64,000 bases of DNA from NCBI GenBank assembly GCA_003344405.1, contig NOWV01000002.1, positions 372,001-436,000 of the forward strand. The letters are read 5' to 3'. A model generated the notes under the pieces. That model saw only the letters and a program-made list of their open reading frames with translations. It was not told where the DNA came from and did not search any database. Position 1 is the first letter of the stretch, and each line of letters opens with the position of its first letter. A program made the translations under genes and the position numbers. Source of the DNA: Trichoplax sp. H2 (lineage: Eukaryota). Shown here piece by piece: positions 1 to 21,975 of the stretch.

Positions 1-2831
1 ATGAAATAATACCTTTATAGCGCATACGTAAGAGCTAGATTACGGGTAAGCTAGAATTTTTGAACAAGATGTGATATCTTGTTGGGTGGTAATATTTGGC
101 TATCATTGTGCCCTCTCATTCTGCCTTTTTTGTTCTGTTCATTTTATTGGTTGTTACCTATAGATATAGTATACGACATCAGCAATTCGATCAGGGAATT
201 TGCCTCTTATTTTATTTCAATGAGGCTTAGGTTGCTGCCTTTACGCGGTGAACTGATAACAATTTGGTAATCGATTTTATTTAGTGCATGTATGGATATA
301 GAGAATTAATAAAACTGATGCAATGATGTTGTATTGTACAGTCACGAATATCCTATTTAAATGCAGAATAACGATTAATTGATATTGAGATCATGCATCA
401 GTTAAACAGTTAAAATACCGGATACAATTATGCAGGTAACCCAGCAAATTAAAGTAAAGAGAGCAGTTATCATACTTTATAGTATGCTGTATATGTAATT
501 GCTCCATATATAACAGTAGTGACTAATCCAATTCAAGTTTAATTATTAAAATAATATTGAAGTACCTTACTGCTAGTGCATTCTAAATCGTTCGTTACGA
601 AGTTTAATAGCATCGATGTAGGCTATTCTAGTGAATCTAAGACATTCTGGACTATTATCGCAGAGTATTATGGTGCAGTAAGGATAGTATACAACAAAAA
701 ATGCGATTACGGCTGTACAATATACGTATATGCTAGTTAATTAACTAGCTTACCCTCTCTACTCTATATGCCGTCAAAAATACTGTATATTAACAGATCT
801 TATAGACTGGCGATGTACAGGCTGTCAGATAAAATAAAAGGAGTGTATGATAATGCTTTGGGAGGATCTTCGCGATAAAAGGCAGTACTACGCCATTAGT
901 ATAGAACATTATAGTAGTATATATATGTCATATACGAGTACAATAGATAGTAAAAGAAGACAGTGAGTCAGCAGAAATGTACAATAAACATAAAGTACTG
1001 TATACTATAGGGTGTGTTTATTTTATTTTCAGATTACCAAAATCCTTCTCGAGGTGCTTTAAATAATGTAAAAGACCTCTAAATTTCATACCAGTGTGTA
1101 AACCATTACCTACGGGTACATACAATATTTAATATGACTATTACTTAATATAGTCTGTTTAATTTATGAACAAGATTGTGAAAATAAAATAAACACACTA
1201 GTACTACATACTGTACACAGTGTACATCTAAGGGTCTCTAGTGTACAGTATACAACGTAGAGCAAACAAAACGCCATATTATTCCTAGTTAATAGTGATA
1301 GCTATCCACATACAGTACAGATATTGTACTAAATATACGTATAGCGACAAAAATGTTATTAACTGTCAAAGCTATTCTTATAAAGTTCAGTATGCTGTAA
1401 TTCTATAAATCGGGAATGATAGATGTTATTATGGCGCAATGCGATGTTTGAGTACTACTATTATATTTTACTCGAGATGTCACGCCCTTGGTTTGAACAG
1501 TATTCCTTCCTCAAGCTTTATATTAAAAATGTAAAATTTTATCATAGCATTCGAATTCAAATCTGATACTACGTATGATATTATCGAAGTTAGCCTACAA
1601 TATAGTAAAAAATTTTGAAATGCCGAATTTTGCAAATCATCCAGATAATGTATACTGTACCTGCACTTTACTGTATGCCGTATTACTCGTATACTGCATA
1701 GAACGTTAATTATACAAAAATTCCACGCTATTCGCAATTGCAAAATTTGAAGGAATTCACTGCTATGCAGCACTGATTGTATCATAAATCATATAGTAGG
1801 CATATGTTGGCGGATGTTGTGAAATTCGAACAATTGCAAAGGTCCTATGGTCCGAATTTCGCGAGCGTCGGCTAACATTTATTGTGTATGTACATTGTAC
1901 GGTAATAATTGTCTACATAAATATGATAATAATCGTATTAATTGAGCGTAATATATGTATCGTGGAAGTTCTATTTTATTTATCAATCATATAATTTCTT
2001 CATTGCAATGAAAAGTAATACCTATCATAAGATCACTCAATTAGCACAATATTACCTTGTATGAATAATTCTATAGTATTATAACATAATTATAATGTTC
2101 GTTATTACTTTTATATTAACTAATAAAACCTAATGATCTTCATGGCTGCATTTCATCTTAACTTCACTTTTTTAATTACAGTTTCTGATTGTTAAAGAAT
2201 CGCAATCGTCGTCTACTATTTGTCTACACATGTATACAGCATTAGATGATAATCCAATCCTGTTCTCATCGGTAATTTTATTAATACCGCTTGTAATATA
2301 CTAAAGTTGGAATTATAGTCGGCGTTAAGTAGAAATTTTAGCGCTTTTCATTTATAACGTGATAGTTTTCGAGTTATAACTTGCTCTTTCGTGAGTACAA
2401 TATCTTTATGCCTCAAACTTACTGAAGGAAAAGGTTGCACTCGATCAGCATTATCGACTTTTGGCTATGTACGTATATTGGGTAGTACTATAATATCCTT
2501 CAAGCCCATTACTAAGGAGATACATTTAGATATTTTTATAATAATACAACATGAACCTTTATCAATCTCAAATATTCAACTAACGTTTTCTTCTAGTTGC
2601 GTTATAATTTGTTATAATTTACTGTTTACAGATACACGTACAATCGTACGATAGCTACATGAAGCTTACTCCTGAGTAGCCTGACTTTCTACATTGAACA
2701 TATTTATATGGATATATTATATATATATATTTATACATGTTGGGTAGTTAAATAATACACCACAATAAAGTGACTATCACCCAAAAAATTTTAAATATAA
2801 GTTGATTCCAATACCAAATGATTTGAATGAT

Positions 2832-4681
2832 CTAAAAAGGTACATGATTTTTCGGTTTACTTTCTTCCCACTTCCTTATATTTGGAAGGTTGGCAATTCT
2901 TTGGTACAAAGCAGTTAATTTGGGGAATTTCTTAGCTGCCTCTTCGAAGTTAAAAAAGTCTTTGACAACATTAGCGAATCGATAGAAGGCTATATCGGCA
3001 TAGGTTAACTGTTGATATAAAATGAAATAGAATTAGCTGCCGACTGATGATCATATTTTGCCCATAAAGAATTCCTAGTTGTTTCGTTAGGTTATAATGG
3101 CCTACTGTATTCATATTTAACCTACTACCACATGATACCATTTATCCAGCTCACTTACTTTACCCGTAAAATATTCTCCTCCGTTTTCAATTAACATATT
3201 TTCAAACTTTTCCAAATGGAATGGAATAGCTTCTTCAAAGCACTCATGCCATTTCTCTGCTTTTTTTAATTCTTCATCTTCCAGCATATACTGAATATAC
3301 TGATTAAGAAGATCACTTAACAAATATTCTGCAATTTGATCAGCTTTTGCTTGTTCCAAACTAGTTTTTCCCGCTAGTCCTATATGAAGGAAATTGCATG
3401 CAAAAGTATTAATTGCTAACTAGAAGAATGACATTATAGAGTGTAAAAGGTCATTATGAATTATGTTGAATTCAAGAATGAGTATACAGTATAAGTATAA
3501 GCTGTACTTGTAAATTAATGAATGACAATTACAATACACTGATGATAGTATGCATTTGATATAACTTACCTCCCATACGAGCAATGTATCGAGCTATAGT
3601 TGCACTTTGACATATTGTATGGCCATCTACTTCTAACACCGGCAAAACTTCAAATGGAATTTTTCCGCCTGCATGATAACACGGAAAATTATTCATGCTA
3701 GATGACCACACCGGTAATACACTTACGGTTTTAATTTATAGCTAAACATATCACTTCCTCTTTTAAGGAGATAAATGTAGCAAGTAAGCTATCTACTCCA
3801 TTTCTATCGAGTTTTTTTTGTTAGAAATCAATAACAAAAATTTTACTTAAAGATTTTATTGGTATAGGCTGCCGATAAATAAAAGTAATCAATAAACTAA
3901 ATGCAAATACGTAAATGTAAAAGAATTGGCTTAAATGCCGAATGTTAAATTTTTGACTGGATTATAATGACTTGAAATTCTTTGATTCGTTATGTAATCT
4001 ATAGGCTAAAGAGATTTTCTAGTTTATTTATGAATCTTTAAAAATTTCTATGATTCATGAAGCTAACCTTCCACTGGGAATGATAATTGCCCTTAAGGCA
4101 TAACAGTTCAAAGCTATAACCGTCGATCTTAATTGCATAGCATCAAATTACGACTATCAGAAGTATTTTCACTAGCGTATGCTATTACTTAACCCTTATA
4201 GTTTAAGAAATGTGAATCGGTAGTCTTTTAAACTATGTATTATTCAGAAATTGAAAGTGGCAGCGTAGTATCTGATAAGAGTGTTGAAATCTATTCTTAA
4301 CTCCATTCTTTTAACGAAACATTTAACTTAATCGATACGAAAAATTAACTGGCAACTTGAAAATGATTCAGTTCAATCTTTACCATTAAGCACGTATAAA
4401 ATTTCATTCGATCGCATCATTTCATTTAAAATATTACCGTACTAATATCAGCGAGACTTTATCTTAATCGGGTTAAGTCTTCTAAGGTCAACCATCACAA
4501 AAACTGCAGTGATGCTTTATCTTTACAAGTCGCAATGAATAAACTTACTTTTTCTCAGTGTGGGCCAATCTTCTACTTGAATTCTTTCGTCTTTGTATTT
4601 AATATCACTCTCTGCAAGGATTAATCTTATAACTTCTGCTCTTCCTTCGCCGTCAAAATAATATAATTTTATATTTGGCAT
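2832..4681 (-). CDS. Sigma-class glutathione S-transferase, copy 1 (4 coding exons, 209 aa)
   Basis: Exons 4681-4549, 3668-3570, 3379-3159 and 3008-2832, all GT-AG, join in frame. Translation: MPNIKLYYFDGEGRAEVIRLILA...DWPTLRK-SGKIPFEVLPVLEVDGHTICQSATIARY...GLAGKTSLEQAKADQI...LTYADIAF...KPKNHVPF*. Contains the catalytic Tyr8, the LPVL cis-Pro motif, the QS motif and the TYAD N-cap. Confidence 0.93.
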
Positions 4682-6950
4682 TATGAGCAATTACTAAAAT
4701 ATATGTTTTCGATAAATTTCATCGAATTAGGGATCGAGAAATATTACAATATACTACACGGACTAGCGTTAGATCTACCAGACAGCAAAAGGGAAGATTA
4801 AAAAAATACCAATACAATCTATGATTTATCGATAGTAGATATTAATACAGGCGTAACAAGCCGAAAAATTATTGGATAGTCTTTCATTAGACTCGATGAG
4901 TATTTGATGAAGATACAATACCAAATTATTACTGTAAATTCATCAAATCTTTTAGACTTTTGTACTTCTTTATAATTCTAGGTTAGTTACTATAGTAACC
5001 GACATTTTTCGATAGTGATAATCAATAGAGTAGAGCACATAAGAGATACCCAGCTGACACAACAATAGAAAGTACCCATTTGATAACAAAAAATGATATA
5101 TAACATTTACTATGAACTTTATGGCTCTTTTTTATTAATAATTATGGGCTCTTGAGAAAAGATGTATAATTATAAATCTATTAAAATATTTAAAAGATAA
5201 CTAATTGCAAGGTATACTGTAAGAAGCAAATATTTAAGATATACTAGTACATTTGGTTATTGTAGTACCTAAATATAAACTTTAGGCATTGAATATCTGT
5301 GAAATATCGTGTCTTGCATCTGAATATGTACCTCGTAAACATATGCTGAGTTATAAACATGATCATAGTATAATAAGGTACTGTAGTAATCGTAATACCG
5401 GTATATTGTACCATCTTGATTTATCGTCGAATATTGAATCCTATAAAGGTGATCTCGACGGTTGTCAAGATTGTCAAATTATTGTAGTCGATATGCAAAT
5501 AGCCTCAGTATAAGTACTGTTATTAATTCTCTTAACTCAAGCTATCATTATAGTGCATTATGAGAGATTCCATACTGAACGAGTCACATGGTTATCATAG
5601 GTAGTAAAATGATGAATGAGCAAATACGCGAATTAAAATACTTGCTAGCAAAACTGTACTAATGTCGTTATAAATCTAATACTATCTCTTTAACAGGGTA
5701 GAATATAAATGTCTTTAAAATAAAATGCAGCATGAATTGCGCCAGCACTATAATACATATGTGTTTCAGTTTGTAGTTAAATAAATACTTATGCCGCGAA
5801 GGGCATTAGTTGATGATAATTCTATGATATCAGGTATAGCATTTTCCTGATTTGCGTATACATAAATTTATTTAATTCATCATTCAGTGATATTTCGTGC
5901 TATTCAAAATTCCAATTATCAGTTGACGATACACGGTCTATTACGATAATACCCACATAAAAATAAATTAAACTCGCACATTATCACAGTTTATTGATAT
6001 TTGGTATCACTTTGCCATTAATCTAATGTTTATAAATAACATACAGTAGTTACGAAGCTAGGCAAAACTATTTATTACTGTTGTAAGGATTGATAGGGAT
6101 CTACCCGCATATTGAAGTGATCATATTACCAGTATAGATTAAAGTTTGGTGGTTTCTCTTATTTGAATGTTAGCATTCAGTAATCTTGTCAGTCAATTAC
6201 TGGTGTCGCACTGATGTGTGCTATCTAAGCGAATATTATCTTATCATCAGAAAAGCTCTCGTGCATCTTGTAATTAATGGAAATATTCTTGATAATGTTT
6301 TAATGTCAGTGTTTAATTCAACACATTTCAGCTCCATTGCCTATCATATACTGTATATTCCGACAATTAAAATACATGTTTGCCGGATGCAAACTGGGCT
6401 AAATGATACTGTACACCGTACAGTATTGCACTCATCATTATTTTTAACTTAAAGGGTAAAGCAGTAAATAGCTGAACTAAGAAAATTAAATCCACAGAGT
6501 ACGGCACTAAGAAAGGCAACTTAGCCTCTCTAAAGATTTCCTACCAGTTTGATTTCATAGCTAAATACTTGTTTTAATGTTCTTTTTTTATTATTAAGAT
6601 CAAATCTGCTACGAATATAGCAATTTCTAAAATATTTCTTATACAACATAATTTAGTTAGTAGGATTTTATCAGTTTTTTCCGTTTTAGTTTCTGAGATA
6701 CTACTAATCTACGATATTATAATATCAAGATCTTAAGTAAAAAAGTTACCGGTATACTTTAAAAATGTACCTAATTACGATATTCTTTGTTTACGATTAG
6801 TGCTATAGAAGAATGATTGTAATAGTAAAATTAATCAAGTAAATTCTACAAATTACGATCATCTTTAATTTCGTAAAACAAATAATTGAATTGATAACAT
6901 GCACTGTTGCAATACTTTGCCAGAGCTATGCACGAGATACTATTATTTAA

Positions 6951-9010
6951 TTAAAAAGGAGTATTTGGCTTTCTGCTTTCCCAGTCTTTAATACCTGGTA
7001 TCTCTTTAACTCGAGAGTATAGTCCTGTCAAAAGGGGATACTTTTCTGGCTGTGGCTTTAGGTCGAGTGATGATATACCAACACTGATAAAGCGATAGAA
7101 TGCTATATCGGCATAAGTAAGCTAAGAATGAAAACGAAAATTTTATTATTAAGATGATAAATGGGCCTAAGAATTTTAAAATTTTGCCTCCAAAACAGTC
7201 AAGGTATGAACTATTTAAGAGCTTACAGAGCCAGCGAAATATTGTCCGCCATTTTCTTGCAGGATTTTCTCTAATTTGCCAAGGTAAAAGGGAATAATTT
7301 CAGTTGTATATGTAGTTTTTATTTGTTCTTTTTTAGTTTCATCTTTTTCGAATGTGAATGCAATAAATTTATCCAATAAATCATGCAAGAAGCAATCGGC
7401 CACTTGATCGGCAACAGCTTGTTCTATGCTGGTTTTACCAGCTAAACCTAAATAATACCGGAATAAATTACTTTGAGCTTATGATTACCATGTAATGGGT
7501 AGATTTGATAGCTATAACAAATGGATTTCTTTAAGTACAGTAATTTATTTATTTTATTTGCTATGTTACAAAGCATTACTAGAAATAATTAGATATGTCC
7601 TACTGGAATGCATTAATTCAAGTAATATTATCGATACCTGCTAGGCGTGCGGCAAATCTGGCAATAGTAGCACTCTGACCAATAAGGCGACCATCGACTT
7701 CTAAAACCGGCAATTGATCAAATGGGAACTTGCCACCTGTAGTAAAATTTGGGAATTACCTTCCAGTTGATTAAGATATAGAAAATATTTGCAATAACAC
7801 AATACTTGTACTGCTTGATAATTCTCGTTTTTACAACTATAAATTGAAAGCATTAGGATGCAAGTTCTCATTACAAAACTAGTGACAAATCTCTATTTGC
7901 AATCAGTTATTTTTTAAATTTGAGCCATAATCAAAATAATTTCTAAAGTTCTTTTAACTAGTTTAAGTAAATAGGTATGCAGATTCTGGGTATTAGTGAT
8001 TCTTTAATTAATGGCGATGATTATAAATTACATGAGTTTTTTAAATAACAATAATCATAGCCTAGGATACTTTTCACATTGGCCTTATATTACGCATATT
8101 TTCATCAATATCAAGCAAGCTTCAGAAATTGCTTAGTCGATTTTAGCTATCAGTTACTACCTCATCTGGGAGAAGAGAACAAATACATATATAAATATAA
8201 CTCTACCCTAGGATGAATAATGCTTTCATGCATAGGGGAGGTCTAACACAAGAGACATCTTATTAAAATTCGATATATTGCATAAGGACAATAAAACTTG
8301 AAGCTTCCATTAGGCAATTCCAGTGCAAGTATGTAAAACTGTAACTGTAGCGACTAAACCTGTATGTTGTTATGTAGTGGTCGAAACCTTTATGCAATGC
8401 TACTTAAGTTAGATGCTACTGTTACTACCTGATTTATTTATATACGTTTAGCAAATTTTCACAATTTGTTACATCAGTAAAAGGAGTGGATTGTTTCTGA
8501 AACAGTGTTAGTCTATATTCTGCCAATTTTAATTACTCTAACAGATTACTTGATTAATTATAAGATGAAATGCTATCGTCTACAAATATGGGTAAAATTA
8601 CGATTTTAGAATGACTTTCAATATTAATTTTATACTGACAAATTATGTACAACTGTACACTTCATAATAATGATAAAATTAGATTATCTAAGTGTATGCT
8701 GGATATGTACTGTAGGCCTTTTTTATGATCGATACTGGTGAAAAAGAAGCAAAAGTGAATTCTTGTTCCTATTGTACAGCAAGTTATCTTATTTAGAGGA
8801 TAGACTACTTTGGCAGCTTGTGCAATTTGATAAAATAAGTTGTCATATTAGAATAAAGTATAGATTATAGGACTTACTGGCTTTTAACGTAGGCCAATTT
8901 TCTTGTTCATATCTCAAATCTTTATAATCAACTCCTCCAGCGGCAAAAATTAGCCTAATAGTCTCTCCTCTAGCTGCTAAATTGAAATAGTGCAATGTAA
9001 TGGCAGGCAT
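6951..9010 (-). CDS. Sigma-class glutathione S-transferase, copy 2 (4 coding exons, 207 aa)
   Basis: Exons 9010-8878, 7736-7638, 7447-7227 and 7121-6951 join in frame. Translation: MPAITLHYFNLAARGETIRLIFAAGGVDYKDLR...GKFPFDQLPVLEVDGRLIGQSATIARF...GLAGKTSIEQA...LTYADIAF...RKPNTPF*. The first three exon lengths (133/99/221 nt) match copy 1. Confidence 0.93.
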
Positions 9011-10761
9011 GTTTATGGTTGTTGTTCTAAAACGTCCTTGATTTTAGCTAATACCAACAAGTCAAAGAGGAAAGTTTTGATCTTGATTCAGCTTTTATAC
9101 CGTTCGAATCAGATAGATAGCATCTGTTAGAATTGACTATCTGAAGATTTATCAACCAATCAGGACTGAAATAGAATTAATTGATTGTTTTGATTATTTA
9201 TTATTATTTTTCATCTAGATGCATTATTGTTTTTTCTACGCCTAGTTTATAGATTGTATCATAACATATTAATACTAATGGTGTCTAATCAACACCTAGC
9301 AACTAAAAGAGTCAGTAATTACAATTCTCATCCCATATCCGATCATTGAATAAAGTTACAGCGTCATGGTTTACCTTATGACATGATATTTTGCTGATTG
9401 AGAGACAATAATCATCAACATAACCTCAATCGTCATTACTGTAAGGTCATATCTAGTATTTATGTCATATGGAATAATATTAGGGAAAGAAAAGTAGTTC
9501 TATATGCTTACTCAGCAAATTATGCTGCAAGTTCTTCTACTACTTTATTTCGCAAAAAAGAAGTTTTAGCCATAGGCTTCGGGGTAGAAATAATGAATGA
9601 AAGAAATTTTAAATACAAGACCAGCCGTTAATACTAATAGTATTGGACGTTATTCAACACATTAGATCACATATGTGATAAAATTCATTCAATTTTACAT
9701 TTGCAAACATGTAAGTATTTATCCTTATAAGTCTTTGTCTTCAAATCATTTATTATTAGGTTGGCATATAGTGATGACGTGAACAGTATATGTATTGATG
9801 ATCAACTGGTTTCAGTCTTGTAATAATAAAAGGTCAAGTTATTGACAGTGAATAATTAGAAAAAATGCATTATCATCCATTATAATTATGCATAATAACT
9901 GATGGACTTAGGTAGCTAGTGAAACAAGCTATCATTAATTTTGAATACAATTACTGTAGTTTACTTAAATGAATACGAGTATATGTGTTCCTATACGCGT
10001 ATATATAATATTGTATATATTATACTCTTATACTAGGATATGGATCCATATACAATACTGCTTAGTCACGCTTCCACAGTTGCAACACGTCATTTCGAAG
10101 AAGGATGTATTTATCAATTTGATCGATATCCATAGTAAAAGCTCTAACGATAAAGCCTGTAAGAATTTCTGGTCATAGTCCCAAACTGAAATGAATGAAT
10201 GTAGTATTTTTGTCTATTTTGAGGGAACAACAAAAGGAAAGCTACTACTTGCAAATAATACATGCGGTAAAAAATACTCGTAAGTCTACAGTATGACATT
10301 AGTTCCGTCAACCAGTACTGTACAGTGTACAGTATACAGGGTAAATGATGTATAAATCAAGGAAACACCATCAATTTTTCGTAAAGATAAGTGATGACTA
10401 TTCACAAAACTAGAATATACATACATTGCTGCTTGCGACTCTGCACTTAAAGTAATCGCCTCTAATTGCCTCTATGGCAAGGGTAGGAGTAAAAATTGAA
10501 TAAGGTTGATCATCTGCATCAGCTGAGGCATGCAGCTCATTATCACATGCAGCAGCATGTACGGCACATTGTACAGCATACAGTATACAGTATTATAATT
10601 ATACTTCTTATTAGTGTCGTCGAAATTGAAAGAAAAATGGTGGAGGGATAACTTTAACATTGAAGATAAAAAAATTCTCAGAAAAGTTGAAGGATAGTTT
10701 GATTGGAAGAGAGTGGTCTTGAACATTTATTCGATAAAAATCGCTCGATAGTAAAACAATT

Positions 10762-10833
10762 GGGCTCAGGCGGGAATCGAACCCGCGGCCTCTCGCACCC
10801 GAAGCGAGAATCATACCACTAGACCACTGAGCC
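10762..10833 (-). tRNA. tRNA-Pro, anticodon CGG
   Basis: Reverse complement reads GGCTCAG TG GTCTAGTGGTATGAT T CTCGC TTCGGGT GCGAG AGGCC GCGGG TTCGATT CCCGC CTGAGCC C. This is a 72-nt cloverleaf with A and B boxes, no intron, and a TTTT run just downstream. Confidence 0.97.
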
Positions 10834-12074
10834 GTTGGTCATCGTCGGAACTGAAACTTTGCTAGTTAAGAATGTGGAATCAAATAAAAAATTTGCGCAG
10901 GCGTAGGTACACATTACATAATATGCTGTGATGCAATGTAAAATGCGTCGAGTTGCAGTGAGCGTTATTAGAAGTGTCGATCTGTTCGATACTTACTACT
11001 ACTTTAATACTTCAAAGTGCAGTGAGTGTTGCGCAGTACAGTACTGTACTGTTTACAGTGAGAAGTAGTGTACCGTACTGTACTGTACTGTACAGTATGA
11101 GAAAACCCTACTTTACAGTACTGTACGACTAAAGTGTGTACTGTACTGTACAGGAAAGTAATGGCCACTGAAAGTGCAATAAAGAAAATTTGAACATCCA
11201 AAATCCTAGTCTAAATGCTGTTAAAACCTAAAAATAGAGCACTTTTTATTTCGTTTCCATAGAAAGAAGTGGCAAATTTATAAGCTTTATTATCCTGTTT
11301 ATATAATATATGAAGATATTTAGCAGGCTACGGAGTGGGTCATTTAGCTATTACAAGTTTTTCAATTAGTAACAGCACGCTCTTAAGTCGACTAATGAAT
11401 TTTTTTCGACGTACAGCACGCAATTTTTTCGGTCTAATCCTTATGCTCACTTGAATGTTGTATTTTTAAAATTTTCATTTACGGTTGTTAAAGCTCGATT
11501 AGAAATAAAGTGTTTTAATATAGAAATTTTTAGATTTTTCTCTATTTTTTTTATGTATTTTAAAGAATTTTTAACGCTACTGAAGCAACTAAAATTAAAT
11601 TCTACATATTCAAAAATTAAGTTGATTTGACCGCAAATGGCCGTCAAAAAGCCTTGATTGTACTATACTTTTATGAGCCATTAGTGTACCGTGCGGCATG
11701 GAGCACCTGTAGTACAGTACAGTACCCTACTATCACTTAGAGGTTTATTCACTTCAAGGTCTGTATCCTCATTATTGGCAGCCAAGTCGACGTTTCCTAT
11801 ACTGTACGACTTTGAAACGTTGGCGTACAGTACACCAGTGTGGAGTTAGCGTACTTTCACTCAAGTGTCTAGTACTGTACACTGTACATCTGCCCATCGA
11901 TTTACTCCATCGGGACTGGTTATCGTCATGACGGTAACATAGGATCTCTATTATAACTTGACTCAGTTTAAGCACAGCCATAGGCATACCGTCAACACCG
12001 ATGCACCTCACAAATTCGACGTCGTGCGACTGTTATTGAAACGTTTCTCCATCGTCTCGCAAACGTTCAATAGC

Positions 12075-20049
<7,975 letters not shown>

Positions 20050-21321
20050 AGGCAAATTAGTGGCTATTTGCCCTGTTATGCTATAATTATGGAAGGAAAT
20101 TTTCCGATTGTATCGGATACCTACTAATCATTCCATCATATTGTTTAACATTTTGTAAAGTACTTTAGGCATTGTACACTATTTACAGATAACACTAGAA
20201 TTGTTAGCAATCAATTTCCCCTATCTGTATTTATGTTATAATAGCGTCCCATTTTATGCGAAATAATCCAAGTAACGAAAGAGGTTTCACTTTTACCTAT
20301 AGTAAATGCGAAAATAAAGATTGATTTTCATCTTTGATCTAATTTCTTTAGCTAATGTGTAATTGTTATGATGGTGGTATCAATCAACATTATCCTGCTG
20401 TTCCTTTAGGTTACAAATATCTACAGTAATTGCATTCAAGTTGATGTACGCGCATTTGAACATTTAACGACATTATTGTAATACTTGTACATGCCTAGGT
20501 GGGATGGAATCAAAAATTGAAGAAATAATAGTCGAAAAGTAATCATTGAATAATTTTTGGATAATTTTATTATTAATTTTGAAACGAAGTAGCAAATTAA
20601 AAATTGAATAAGTACTGTATAAGGGTTACTGTTGACATTATGTATTATCCATTAAAACTACTACAGCATACCGGTCATTTGGGACGAATTCTAAAATTAA
20701 GTGCTATAAGTAATCCAGCTGTTGCACAGTGATGAGTGTCGCAATTCATTGTTACAATGCAATTATAGGAATATGATTGAAATCATATCGTTTTTATGCT
20801 TAAAAAATACTGCCGTTATTAATTGTTCAAGAAATAACGGCCAGTAAATCTCCTTAAATTGTTTTATTTGAGAAAGTAGTATAATGTACAGTATTGTGTT
20901 CAGATTACAGCATGAGTGCAATGTACTGTACGTATAATATAGCAAAAGTCGAAAAACAAGTATGGTACAGTACTACTCCACAATATCCAACGTAATATTT
21001 AAGAATTTTACAAATTGATCATAAATACTCGTAAATTGCTTTTAACATTATAAAGGCATTGATTATTTAGTACTGTAGTTCGGTATAACATACAATCGGC
21101 AATCGCCTTACCAAAGTGTTTTTGGTACTGATTTTTAACATCGGTAATTATAGGTTATACTTTCTCATCTTATCACAGTACGACAGGGCAGCTGTTATCC
21201 TATATTGTTATACATGTATACATGCTTGTTCGTTAGATATCTCTCTATTTCTAAACAGTGAATTAAAGAATTATGCAGCAATTCATGGCATTGCGTTGTT
21301 AAGAACATCTTTTGAATAAAG

Positions 21322-21975
21322 TTATTTTTGATTTTTATCAATGAGAGCTTGCATGGCACTGTCTGGTTCTAAATCATTTTCGTTAACAAATCGATTGCAA
21401 CCACCAACTGGGCAACGATTCTTTTTACCAGATTTCTGGTTAAGGTTCATTATTTCTATTATGGCTGCATGTGAATAAGTATGACCACAATGGATATTTT
21501 TAACAGGATCTACGAAGTCTTGTTTGGTGATGGGGCACGTGGTACTTCTGTGAACATGAGTAGTAACTAGATCGTCGTTCATATCGTCTTCTATAGTAAA
21601 TCCAGCATCTTGATATTGTCGAATAAAGGGATGTGCTCGTAGATTGTTTTCAGTAGCTTTATTTGCACTATCCAGGCAGTCTTGAAGTATGGTTTCATGG
21701 ATATCTTGATGTGGGTTGATTCGTTGTTGATCATTATCAATTCTCATCTGGTAATCGCTTAAAGTTTGACTATATCCTTCGATGACTTTCTCCCATTCTT
21801 TGAGTTGACTATCGACTTTAGCATATTCGAAGATAGTATTCTCGAATTGATTGACAAGTAGAGTATCTTTTTTATAGCTGATTGATTGTGCAACTTTAAC
21901 TGTATGATCAGCAGCCTCATTGATGGTTCTAATAGCTTCAGAAATGGTCGACATGATTTCACTGGCGCCCGCCAT
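21322..21975 (-). CDS. NSMCE2: SUMO E3 ligase NSE2/MMS21 (SMC5/6 complex), single coding exon, 217 aa
   Basis: Uninterrupted ORF with a helical N-terminus and a C-terminal SP-RING: TCPITKQDFVDPVKNIHCGHTYSHAAI...RCPVGGCN. The ring is preceded by the typical acidic DDDL-type segment. Confidence 0.88.
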   Translation of the reverse strand: MAGASEIMSTISEAIRTINEAADHTVKVAQSISYKKDTLLVNQFENTIFEYAKVDSQLKEWEKVIEGYSQTLSDYQMRIDNDQQRINPHQDIHETILQDCLDSANKATENNLRAHPFIRQYQDAGFTIEDDMNDDLVTTHVHRSTTCPITKQDFVDPVKNIHCGHTYSHAAIIEIMNLNQKSGKKNRCPVGGCNRFVNENDLEPDSAMQALIDKNQK

